A model generated the notes under the pieces. The model saw only the letters and a program-made list of their open reading frames with translations, searched no databases and was not told the DNA's origin. Below are positions 1 through 11,260 of a stretch of DNA of 63,859 nt, piece after piece. The DNA comes from Saccostrea cucullata (taxonomy: Eukaryota): the NCBI RefSeq assembly GCF_032062105.1, contig NW_026930674.1, positions 372,001 through 435,859 of the forward strand. Direction: 5' to 3'. Within the stretch, counting starts at the first letter, position 1. Every line of letters begins with the position of its first letter. A program made the position numbers and the translations under genes.

Positions 1-342
1 ACTTTATTAGTGGAGTATGCATACCAAAGAAGTCTCTATCTCTTATTGTTCAAAAGTTATGACAAACAGTGGAAAAAGCTATTTTTAGCATATAGGTCAC
101 AGTCAAGGTCACAAGGTCATTGACTTTGGGGTCATTTGAAAGGACTTTATTAGAGGAGTATGCATACCAAATATGAGGTCTCTATCTCTTACGGTTTAAA
201 AGTTTTGGCGAAGGTTAAAGTTGACAACAGACAGACAGACAAACAGACAAACAGATAAACAGACAAATAGACAAATAGACAAACAGACAAACAGACAGGA
301 CAAAAACAATATGCGCCCCGAAAAAATTCGGGCGCATAAAAA
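1..342 (+). mobile_element. 3' part of a non-autonomous Helentron/HINE-type element
   Basis: An internal repeat (actttattag..gagtatgcataccaaa) occurs twice, followed by a GACA/GACAAA microsatellite at 228-300 and a terminal hairpin atgcgccccgaa..ttcgggcgcat at 311-337. Confidence 0.7.
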
Positions 343-437
343 TCATATGTGATGATATTCTTTACGCGCCAGCCCCTGTGAAAAAAAAAAGTTTTATGCA
401 TCGGGATCGTTATACAGAAAATTCTTTATTCTCTCCA

Positions 438-3400
438 ATGGCAGAAGGTGGGGAAGAAGAAAACAACCCATTTTCTTTCAAAAAGTTTGTAAAATCGAAA
501 GACAAGCATGTTGTACAAAGCAGTGAAGATGAAGCGGAATCCAAGCAAGAAACTTTAACTCAAACAAAAGGTATAGATCATGTGTTTGTTCACCTTTGAT
601 CATTGTAAAATTTACGATTTCATCAGGACTCAGGCCATTAATTAAATTACATATAAAAACAGTTATATGATTGATTTCAATAAGCTAGCACTAGATGCAC
701 AGTGGTAAAATGATATTCGTAATGATGTTAAGATTGAAAAAGATAATCATTTGTGACAACTTTTATTTCCATTTTTCAGTTTGAAATCCATCAGTGGCAT
801 CATAACACTGATAATTAATGTTTGACAGGTCCAGGCCAAAGACTATTTCTACCTACGTAGCTATTAATAGCTACAAAGGTATTTAAACCTACCCAAAGTA
901 GCTATTTTTACCTACTTTCTGCTTTACTTGCATTTTGTGGCCAAACGCAGGAACGGCGCAACATGGTGAACACAAAATTTCTTGAAACTGTCACACTGAT
1001 GATGGATTATGACAAAAAGAACTATATGCGGTATATTGCATATGTTTGCCCCCACAAAAGTCAAATTTTGAAAACTTCCTGAAATGTGCTGAATTCAATA
1101 AATTGTACGAGAAATATAAGTTAACAGAAAATATTATAGTTCCACAGAGCAGTGTATTCACAATTTCTGTTTTTATGACGTCACAAACTAGTCCGATTTT
1201 ATATCCTTTTTCAGAAAGAGGACAAAATGGACAAAATTTCAACAATTTAAGCTTTAAAATTTATAGAGCGCATGTGTGTTCAGGAACAATATTGACATAT
1301 TTCATTGATATTATCATTCTACACATTATATCAAAATATTTATCCTGAACACACATGCGCTCGGTACTTTTTTTAAAATATGACGAAATATGTACATTTT
1401 TCTGCAAAATTCATAAAAAACTGAAATTTACGTCATATTTGTGACGTCATTACGTACATATGACGTCATTACTTCTGAAATTATTCAGTGCTTTTAAGTC
1501 AGCATATACTCCCCTGTTTAAGGACTTAATTAAATATTAATCCATCAAAGTTTGATTTTGGGGGGCAAATGTTGGTTAATACCGCATATAGTTCTTTGAC
1601 CAAAAAATGATTACTTCGTATATTATCAATTTTGCATAGAAACTAATATAAAATTGCCAATTCAGGAAGTAATCATTTTTTGGCCAAAATTCTGTCGTAT
1701 TCGTCATTAGTGTGACTGTATAAAATTAATATGGTATTCACCATGTTGCGCCGTTCAGTCTTTTGGCAACAAAATGCAGATAATACAAAAAGTAGGTAAA
1801 ATTAGCTACTTTGGGTAGGTTTAAATACCTACGTATCTATTAATAGCTACATAGGTAGAAATAGTCTTTGGACTGGACCTGTTGGAAAATGAGGAAAAAT
1901 CCTTCAGAACTGTTTGTATTAAAAAACATTTGCAAATAAAGGAAGGTTGCAAAACTGACAGATATTTCTTGCATGCTAATTTATTTGAAAAAAATATTCT
2001 ATTATTGTCAGGTTTCTGGTTGATCAAGAACCAGGTATATCATGGATACTAAATAATTCTACTCGAATTATTTATTCTGTTCAATGTTATTAAATATGAA
2101 TTTCCTTTCTTTGAAAGAGACTTCAAAAGATTCAAAGAAGAAGAAGAAACAAGATGAAAATCCTTTTTCCTTCAAAAAGTTTTTGGAATCCTCCGGAACA
2201 GGAAGCAAACCAAAGGACAGAAATGACCGAGTCTGTCATTCCCAGCGGACCAGTCAAAATACTCCAGACTTTGCCACAGATCTCCCCGATTTTGTCCAGG
2301 ATCATTTCCAGGACAGTCCCGCAGCAGCCAAGTTTCCTCCTAATTTAGATTTCCCTCTCCCTGATTTAGGATTTCCAAATGAATCAACTCAGAGAGGGCA
2401 TTCAAATTCATTTAATGAACAATTTGAGGTGAGAAATAGTGACTCCAGAAATTTATCATCAGACAGCTTAAGGGCCAGGGGTGTGTTTACGCCTAACAAT
2501 AGTGCAAGTGACCTAGTTTCTGGAATTGGTGAAGTGAATCGTGACAATACTGATGAGGAAGATTTTGTGCTTAATCGTCCTCAAGTTCCCACGAGTCTTC
2601 CAGACTTTATTACAGATGGCATACTCAAAAATACAGACAATGCCCAAAGTAATGAGATTTCCTTACCTAGGCCTCTCCACTCTCAACTGAATGGCTCACT
2701 TAGAGCACCATCAAATGGGGAGGAGGAAAATGAAAGAGTAAGTTATGAAAAAATTGATGACTTTATATATTTTTTCCTAATGTGAAAGATTTTGAAATGT
2801 TTTGCATAAATTCATTTTTTATTCACAGTTGAAAGCAGAAAATGAATCATTGCAACGACAATTGGAGGAGGCCAGAAATAGAGCTGTTATGGAAACTAAA
2901 AGGTAAAGCACTTCATTTAGGATTGAAATTATGGTTATGATTTACCACAGGCACCAAACTGGCTTGAATTTTTTCCCCTAGTATTTACTAAAGATTGATA
3001 TTTACTAGGAGGTAAAAAATTCAGGCAAGTTTGGTGCCTGTGATGTAACGGGTTTCTCATAGTAAAACCTGGACACTGCTATTCTTTCTATAACACCGGG
3101 GGAACCAATCTCTTATCCAAAACTCCTACTATGCCATTTAATAAAATTTAGCGAGAATTTTTATTACATAGCTTTTCTATTTTTTTTGATGGGATAGATA
3201 CATGTATTTGGGGTTTCTCATAGCAAATAAAAAGGACTTTGCTTTTATGCACATACGGGAGGAGAAGTATAATTTTGAGAGCTCTGTTGTCACAGTATCT
3301 CTAGTTATATTTCAGTTAAAACAGATATGCAATGCAAGTATATATGCACACGTTTTTGCTTTAATCATGTTTTACTTGATCAAAAAATGGTTCTAAAATA

Positions 3401-5932
3401 TGGTAAATTGTAGGTGCAATAAGTTGAAAAAAGAAATGGAAGCAGCTCAAAAGAAGGAGGCAGAAGACACAGCAGCCATGGAGAAGATGCTTGAGGAAGT
3501 GGAGGCCAATTTACTCACCTCTACAGTAAGTAGTTCCAATTCACCTCAACAGAAAGTAGTTCTAGGTCCCCTCAACAATAATTCTTACCTCCAGTGAGAA
3601 GCTCTTCAGCTATTTCACAAGTCTTTAGATTGCTTTAGTTCAGCTGACTACCGTGAGGTATAAAAAAAGTACCGGTAGATGTGTGGCTCAGATAGGATAC
3701 CCACTTTCACCATTGAAATACAAAAGCATCAAATAATATAAAACTTTTTTGTTGGGATTTTGAAACTTCAAATTAAAGATTATTTGTGAGCTTAAAGTAT
3801 AAAATAGCCTTGACTCAAAGTAATTGTGGCAAGTTCAAGGTTACTAGCTTAAAGTGTAAATTTATGTTAGATCAATAATTCACTGGATGTCCATATTTCA
3901 TGACTTGTAACCAAGGATATATCTTTAACTGAGCCCATTTTGACAAAATTGCAAAAGGAGAGTTTAAAAATAAATAAGAAAGTGGGGTTGTTAATTTGTA
4001 AGCTGTAGTGAATTCTTTTTCTTAACAGTTTGTTTAAAAAATATTTAAGATTTGAATTTATGTGTACTTTAATTTCTTTTTTCAGAACAGAGCAGTTGCA
4101 GCAGAAAATCAGGTTGCTGTGTTACAGGTATCAGTTTTCATCCTTGTAAAATGCATATGAAGAAAAAATGAAAGAAGTATTGTTAAATGACTTAATTTTG
4201 TTGAAGTTAACATGTCATTGTTTCAAGGTATGAAGAATCCCTTGAATTCATTTCCACCACACAATGTATCATTTCATAGATAAAAGTGCTCAAGAATTTT
4301 TTGTCCACACAATTAAATCCCCACTATAAACTAGTATTTTCTCCTTCAAAAATTGATCGCAGAAAGAATTGTAATTTTACAAAATCAGAACAAGTCAAGT
4401 ATTTTATTCCAGCATTCAGTAAATTTTCAGACTTAAATTGATTGCACAGAACCTGCTTTTCATACTTGTGGACGTAGTTATTATACATGTAAGTTTGTTT
4501 ATTGCAGAAACGTGTGACATTCCTGGAGAATGAGAATGAGTTACTTAAGTCCGGAGACAAAGGATTGGCGGATCTAAGGGAACGGACAACTTATGTTTCT
4601 CAGCAGTTAGTTTCTGTTGTATCAACTGCAGAACAAAATCTTAAGTGAGTTTGATATAAATTTTTAGCTCACATGAGCTGAAAGTAGGGGTGAAATGATA
4701 CACCTCCTCCACGGTTCAATACGTACCGTAAAATTTGGTCTCAGTTTGGTTATTTTCGATACGATACATTTTGATGAAAGGTAAAAAGTTCAACTGTTGT
4801 TTTAAGCTTCCTTTTAATTAATCTAGTCAAATAATTTATGGCCAATGGAAAGAAGAAATCAATTTAATTGATTTGACTCTTGAAAATTATTTTACAAACT
4901 GTAAGTCCACAAAAATTTACAATTTTGAACTAGTCATATGGAGGAGCATGTTTATACCTTATGCCAAACCCAACTGAATAACGATCCCGACTGAAAAACG
5001 AACTGAATTGAAAATAGAGATTTTGTACCGTGTATCGAAACGAGAAAAATTACTGCGTTGAATAGATACCGTGGTGAACCATTTCACTCCTAGCTGAAAG
5101 CTCCAGTAGATCTTTCTGATTGCATTTTATCAGAGTTCCATTTGTTTGTTTTTTAGTCTGTCTGTCAACTTTTCATGTTTTAGACTTCTTGTCAAGAACC
5201 TTTAGAACAGTTTCAATCAAATGCTGCAAAGCATCCTTGTGTGGACAAAGTTCATCTCTGTTCAAATGAAAAGCTATTTCCTCTATCAAGGGAAGATAAT
5301 TAATAGTTAGTCAAGATTTGTTAATGATATTCCAAACATTTTTATAAAGAGTTAATTCAAAAGTTTTCTTTTAAAAGTAGTATACTGTGTTCTAATAAAA
5401 ACATCTATCTGCTAGCATATATAAAAAGGGACATAACTCAATTTTCACTGTTAATTTGGAAAATAAGAAAATGGTTTATAACAAATTGTTCAGTGCATTG
5501 TTGTTTGAAATCAGTTACCAGTAAAATACAAATGTCATTGAGTTTTCAACATTGAAATTTCCAGGAATCATATTAGGCAATAGAATTATAATGATCAGCC
5601 CTGAAAATTACAGATTTCTTTCCCCTTTTAATCTCTCAAACTCCTTGGAACATGAGAATATTCTAGTTCACGCATCATTAGACCAAGATGATAGATAAAT
5701 TTAATTCAACTCTCAGAGTCTGAAAAGTGAAAAAAGAGCATGAAAACTAAGTTCCGCAGTAATTTTCTTACAGTTTGACTTATTTTAATTCACATATTTT
5801 TATTTTTACAGGCAGATGTTGTCAGGAGTGGAGAATTTACGAATCATGTCTCAAGTGTTAAAATCTATTGACAAAGTCACAGAGGCAGAGGGAGCGTCAG
5901 GTGAAAGTTCACAACCAAAGAAGAGCAGCTGA
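438..5932 (+). CDS. ENTR1: Endosome-associated trafficking regulator 1 (SDCCAG3) homolog, 7 coding exons
   Basis: Exons 438-570, 2118-2737, 2829-2902, 3414-3525, 4086-4127, 4508-4644 and 5812-5932 are all GT-AG and phase-consistent. The protein has NPFSFKKF motifs and a C-terminal coiled coil (MEKMLEEVEANL..RAVAAENQV..LKQMLSGVENLRIMSQVLKSIDKVTE) matching ENTR1. Confidence 0.88.
825..1882. mobile_element. Palindromic MITE with a nested second MITE (~1016-1597)
   Basis: Outer inverted arms of ~190 bp (acaggtccaggccaaagact.. / ..agtctttggactggacctgt). Inner TIRs aaagaactatatgcggta / taccgcatatagttcttt. Innermost palindrome at 1266-1362. Confidence 0.8.
2945..3042. mobile_element. Short hairpin MITE remnant
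   Basis: Inverted arms cacaggcaccaaactggcttgaatttttt.. / ..aaaaaattcaggcaagtttggtgcctgtg. Confidence 0.6.
4661..5300 (-). mobile_element. Degenerate HINE (Helentron-like) interrupted by a hAT MITE
   Basis: tttttagctcacatgagctgaaag..ctccagtagatctttctgat is the reverse complement of the HINE 3' hairpin end seen at 18505-18545. Confidence 0.6.
4685..5092. mobile_element. hAT-type MITE
   Basis: TIRs TAGGGGTGAAATG / CATTTCACTCCTA with a perfect 8-bp TSD GCTGAAAG (4677-4684 and 5093-5100). Confidence 0.85.
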
Positions 5933-6060
5933 CACACTGAGTGGGTCAGAGGTCATGTGTCAGAAGTCATATGTTAGAGGTCTTAGTTCATCAGAAGAGA
6001 GTTTTTCCTTGTAATTGGATAAAGAATCCATGATATAAATGAATGAGTTTTCTATTCATG

Positions 6061-6413
6061 CATCCTCACAATGCTAGGAGTCCTGAGTTAACACTTTGCC
6101 TTGGAACCCCTGGCGAATTTCATTAGATAAATTAGGGCTTGCTTCTCCCATTGAGAAGCACCAATCAAATTAAAGCTTTCATAATTAGTTAGATAATGTA
6201 ACAGAAAAGATTCAGTTGACACCTCAAATGCATGTGTTACAAGTTGTTTATCGTAGAATGGCTTAATGTCCTTAGCTGAGAGATAAGAAAAGCAATCAAG
6301 ATTTGTAATTTTTCTGAAAGCTGTGGCTACAGCCAGTTCCTGAATTATTTATTGATGTTGTCCAGGGTTCCACGGCAACATGTTGAGTCAGGACCCCTGC
6401 CATTACGAGGATG
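6061..6413. mobile_element. MITE downstream of the ENTR1 stop (likely 3' UTR)
   Basis: Imperfect TIRs of ~50 bp, catcctcacaatg..ccttggaacccctgg / ccagggttccacgg..cattacgaggatg. A short relative lies at 48583-48664. Confidence 0.65.
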
Positions 6414-6933
6414 GTATTTATCAAAAGTGATATCTTTGTAAAATTATTGATCATAAATGTGTTCTGCAAAAAAATAGTATTTTGTAGATTGCCCTTAAAT
6501 TTATGCTAAATTTTGCTACAAATTAAAATTTTTGTAATTAGAAATAGAAGTGTTGCTCTCAATAAGTGATGAATTTATAAGATGAGGCAGACTTTGCAAC
6601 TTACATACTTGTGACTGGAACAGCATAGGCCAATATTGATCAATGTTCAATGTTTTATCATATTTGTAATACAGTTTTTATTTTATATTGTGACAACTGT
6701 ATTTTATAAGAATTGTATACTTTAAGTAAAATATGTTTTGTTATTTTTCACTTTACACTATATGAGAGTACAAGTCTTTTCAGTTTATGAATACCTGATA
6801 CATCTTATTATTCATATATGACCATTTATTCAAAAGGGATGAAGGATGCAGTAAAAACATACCACATATTTCCACGGAGAAGAATTATGGCTTTAACATA
6901 GAAAAAAAAACATTCCTAGGTGAAATACCTTAT

Positions 6934-7144
6934 ACTGTGAAATCTTTAATTTTCGTGGGGGTTTAATTTTGGTTGTTTTCAAGGTTTGATTTGGCCCACA
7001 AATTTATGTCCACCACGAAATGCAATTTTTCACATATATTACTACTGAACAATTCTTCAACCACGAAATCAAATCCCCATGAACCAATATATTTTCCTCA
7101 AACCACGAAAATTTTACCCCTTGAAAATATGTGATTTTACAGTA
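6934..7144. mobile_element. Tc1/mariner-like MITE
   Basis: TA-CTGTGAAATC...GATTTTACAG-TA, with subterminal ttcgtgg/ccacgaa motifs. Confidence 0.7.
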
Positions 7145-8008
7145 TATAACAAGGTGTGATTTTGGTTCCAGGGTGTGACTATGTTTATCAGTGAGAAAAG
7201 AGAGGTCTTTTCTACATTTTCTTGTTGATAAGCTATGCAGTTTTATCTAAGTTAATTTTCATTACTAGTTCATACATTATTTGTTTCTCAGTGTCCAAAA
7301 AGTATTTTTCATTGCCATATAGAGGGTTCTTAATGCCTGTTTAATTGAGGAAGGACATATTATATATGTTTGTAAGTGGGTAAGAAAGTGTATTCAATGT
7401 CAAGTATCAAAAGGAAATATATCTTAACAGTGATACATGTATTATTGTCACTGTAAATCTAAACTGTTTACATACAGTTGTGTAAAGGGTCTACATGCAT
7501 GTTTTGTCAAGTGTCATTTACGTTCATACATTTCTTTGAAAAGTTCCTTTAAATTGCTCTATTTTACAATATAAAATCATAGTGACTAAATTTAGTTATT
7601 TTATGGACCGACGTGTATAATTTACTAACATTTACTTACTATTAAAGTAACATGATATAAAAGTTAAATGATCTTTTTAAAAAGAAGGGGGAGGGGTCTG
7701 GATTTTTTTCCCATCATGAATAAAGGAAAGTCATCATTTATTTGTAAGTAGTTAAAAATACATGGGTCCACAAGACAGAACAGTTTGAAAAAGACACCCC
7801 TTTTCCAAACATAACCTTTTAGTATTAAAATTTTTTATGGAAAGGCTCCTCACCTCTTTTTTGCTGAAACAGTTACTTGGTGAAAATCAGGGTAATCAGT
7901 TGTTAGGAATGAACAAAACTGTGGTCATGAAAGACGTTGGAACCTTTTCTTTTTAATCAAGACTAGGTAATAGTCGTATAGTCTAAATATAGGTATTGAC
8001 ATGCTTAT

Positions 8009-8326
8009 CAGGCGCGGATCCAGGAATTTTTTCCGGGGGGGGGGGGGGTTCCACCCCAGTCAAAAATAAAATCCAACTCAGAAATTTGTTGACAAACATA
8101 AAAAAATTACACCTGCGCCCAAACGTGACATTTGACTTCTAATGCTTTATAGCTATTACTTTTCATACCAACTTTACAAAGGTCTGCGTTTTCAAGGGGG
8201 GGGGCTCCTATTTCTAGGAGGGGTCCAAGGTCACTTTTAACTTGGTTTAGTGTATCAATTTAATATCTCTGCAAATTCCAGGGGGGGGGGGTGTCCAGAC
8301 CCTCCACCCCCTCTAGATCCGCGCAT
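8009..8326. mobile_element. Non-autonomous DNA transposon with G/C-run subtermini
   Basis: caggcgcggatccagga..(G)n..ctagatccgcgcat inverted termini. Confidence 0.65.
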
Positions 8327-9122
8327 ACTTATTAAAATCATTCGTTTTCTAATGCACACTCGAATGTATATCCATACTGTAATTACTAATCTTACGTTTG
8401 TGATAGGCTCACATGAATCCACGCACCAAATGGTAAAAAGCTGTTTGAATAAAATCAGTTTGTCCAAAAAATATCAAGATTAATGACCTTCAATATTCCC
8501 AGTGAATATGTAACATTTTTTCTTTAAGGTTCATTGATACTGTGGTAAGAGAGATAACTCCTAATGACGTCAACTCATGATGTCAACTGTGTAAAACTTG
8601 GCTCTTTCTAGAAAGTTTTAGTACTAGCTACTAGTAGTAGTATGTCGAAAAGGAAAAATAAATTCAGATTCCGTTTTCTTGTTTGTCATTATATAAGAAA
8701 GTTTTAAGAAAGGGCACAGCAAAACATATCTTTTAAAAGTACGTGTGTATTTATAAATGGAATTGGAGAGATGTCTTGATGTTTTATTTTTTGTGCAACA
8801 TTTCATGCGTTTTTGACAAAAAAAAAATAAATTCTTTTAATTTTCTTAACATTTTTATAGAAAATCATGCCCTAGATACCAACATCCTTTGCATGAAATA
8901 AAATTAACAGTGATCTATGATACCTTGCAATGATATCACATGATTTTACACTATGATGTTTTATATACGCATTCAAGTACCGGTATATAATGAATTTTGA
9001 AGAAACAACATGGGTATACATGTATTCACATTTTGTAGAGTAATATGTTTTTTCTATGCAGCATAAAGAAACAATAACACGTTATGGTAATAAGTATGCA
9101 TATGGAGTGGGGGAAACATTGA

Positions 9123-10322
9123 TTATCTATTGCGACATCCACAACAAGCAATACAACATTTTTTGAAAATGGTTTTGATGTCCTTTCGGAAGTTGATGTT
9201 AAGAAAACTATAAATCACAGGATTAATAGCATTGTTAATGAAGTAGGATTTGGTGCTGAATTTGTAGGCAACCTCTGCCTCAGGACTTAGATTTTCCTCA
9301 AAGTTCTTTGCCACACTTCTGACAACCATGACTATGAGGAACGGCAGAAAGCTAATGACGTAAGCGACAGTCACAGCAAACAGTACCACCGTAGTCCGAG
9401 TAACGCGCACATTGTTCCGAGAATTTCTTTTACCAAAGGCGTGTTTAGAACCACTTGATGCACGTTTGTCGTGGTAACCCTCATGATCAGAAGACATCTC
9501 TGTGCTGATTGGATCAGTGGAAATTTGATCTGAAGGAGTGTTCGAATCGTTCAAAGCGCGACCATTTGGCGTTGCTGAAATAGGCTCACCTATCCTGGCT
9601 TTCTTGCGCTTCCAGATCACTGCACCAATTTTTGCGTATATAACAGTAAAAAATACCAAACAAAGAATAAACAAAAGAAAGAGAAATCCATAATAAAGAG
9701 TGGGATAAATCGTGTGTCTAACTGAATCATCAGTGGAGCAGTCGACACCTTTGATCCCAGGTATCCCGAGCTCGATAGTCTTCTCACCAAACAAAATACA
9801 GGCTGGCCAAGATGAAAGTAGTCCGATAATGACAGATATGACACAAATTATTTTTGACTTTTTCACCGATATTTGTCTTCCAAGTTTACAAATTCTGTAA
9901 TATCGATCGAACGCCACAGCGATGAGTGTAATTGATGAACCGATTATCGATACTGATTCCACAAATCGTAGCAACTTGCATGCTGCGGGAGCATAAAACA
10001 TATAGGGATATCGGAGGTCCGTTACTTCAGTGGGCATGCCAATGATACAGGTCAAAAGGTCAAGGACGGCGAGGTTTAAAATAAAGTAGTGAGAGGAAGT
10101 TTTTGTGGGTTTACTGCAATACACACAGCACACCAAAATGTTTCCGAAAATCCCCATCAACATAAGAATTAACATGTACATAATAACTGGCAAGTAACGC
10201 ATCGCTAGCTCGTCATTCATCTTGTGTAGCAACATCCGGGCCTCTATCTCCTCCATCCCCATTGTTGTTGTATTCATGGTGACCGTAGTTTGATTTGAAA
10301 ACCCCTCCGTGATATTTGCCAT
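9123..10322 (-). CDS. Rhodopsin-like (class A) GPCR, 399 aa, single coding exon; orphan peptide-receptor-like (CCK/orexin-receptor-like)
   Basis: Seven hydrophobic segments. Motifs GN (TM1), LAVLD (TM2), DRY (TM3), FLP (TM6) and NPVIY (TM7). N-glycosylation sequons at the N-terminus and Cys residues in the C-tail. A probable 5' UTR intron spans 10338-12228. Confidence 0.93.
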   Translation of the reverse strand: MANITEGFSNQTTVTMNTTTMGMEEIEARMLLHKMNDELAMRYLPVIMYMLILMLMGIFGNILVCCVYCSKPTKTSSHYFILNLAVLDLLTCIIGMPTEVTDLRYPYMFYAPAACKLLRFVESVSIIGSSITLIAVAFDRYYRICKLGRQISVKKSKIICVISVIIGLLSSWPACILFGEKTIELGIPGIKGVDCSTDDSVRHTIYPTLYYGFLFLLFILCLVFFTVIYAKIGAVIWKRKKARIGEPISATPNGRALNDSNTPSDQISTDPISTEMSSDHEGYHDKRASSGSKHAFGKRNSRNNVRVTRTTVVLFAVTVAYVISFLPFLIVMVVRSVAKNFEENLSPEAEVAYKFSTKSYFINNAINPVIYSFLNINFRKDIKTIFKKCCIACCGCRNR

Positions 10323-11094
10323 GTTTTTCTTTTTAGCCTTGAAAAAAATGCAATTGGTTAAGTTAGAATAAATAAATCTTTATCGAGTATTGAAATTGTA
10401 ACACGCATTTTAACAAAAACTCGCTGTGAAATTTACTTGAAATACTATATGGTATGTTCCTCTCTGTATTGTATAATGTGTATCAAGGAAATATATAATA
10501 TAATAGCAGTAAAATCCGTCCATATACTAGTAATTATATAATAAAAAACTTCAGAAAGACAATTCTTGCACATGGGTACTGGTCCGTCCATTTGTCTATC
10601 ACAAAAATAAAGTTATATTGATATTTTTGAAAAGTAGGTTAAACTCCAATGTCAAGATCATGAGGTCAAAAATCATTTGGAAACAGGTAATGTATTTTTA
10701 GAAACTTGGAACTACTTATCAAAAATCTTAACTTTATCGATATATTTTTCCCAAGAAGAGACCAGGCTTTCTTACTCACATATGCATTACTTTTGACAAA
10801 GTCTTTAAAATTGTATTATGATATTTGACCTCGTGACGTTTTGAGAATTGATTAGCTTTATAATTATTTCGATTTGCCGTAATTTTTGTTACTTGTTTGT
10901 CTCTTTAGGAGTAAATGGGTGACATTGAAAAAAATGTACACGACATTTTATTAATCCGTGGAGCCTAAGTACTTTATGAACAAAACGCATGTCAAAAGTC
11001 ATGGTTAAAGAAAAATCTTTTGAAAGATCGTGTTTGCACTCAAGTGCAAAAAGCAAACGTGTCTTACCATAAGTCTACCCGATAAAAACATGGG

Positions 11095-11260
11095 CTTAGT
11101 GCGGGAGTGACCGGTCAATGGGGGATGCTAACGCCTCCCAGACCTGACCCCACCTCTGGAATTCCAAGGGGCCCGTGCTTTATTCCCACTTTACAGAATT
11201 GTATTGTTTACAGATATTTTGAAATCGATCAGTGTTCGGTATCTTCACCTCTTTCTTTCA
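11095..11260 (+). mobile_element. Fragment of a common bivalve interspersed repeat (probable retroelement 3' end)
   Basis: gcgggagtgaccggtcaatggggatgct..ccccacctctgg..gggcccgtg resembles a repeat motif I recall from bivalve genomes. The family is not confirmed. Confidence 0.4.

Noticed and set aside
1046-1348. 100-aa ORF in the nested MITE as a transposase
   Set aside because: It has no DDE or HTH features and is a chance ORF in AT-rich palindromic DNA. No autonomous transposon ORF was found in the window.
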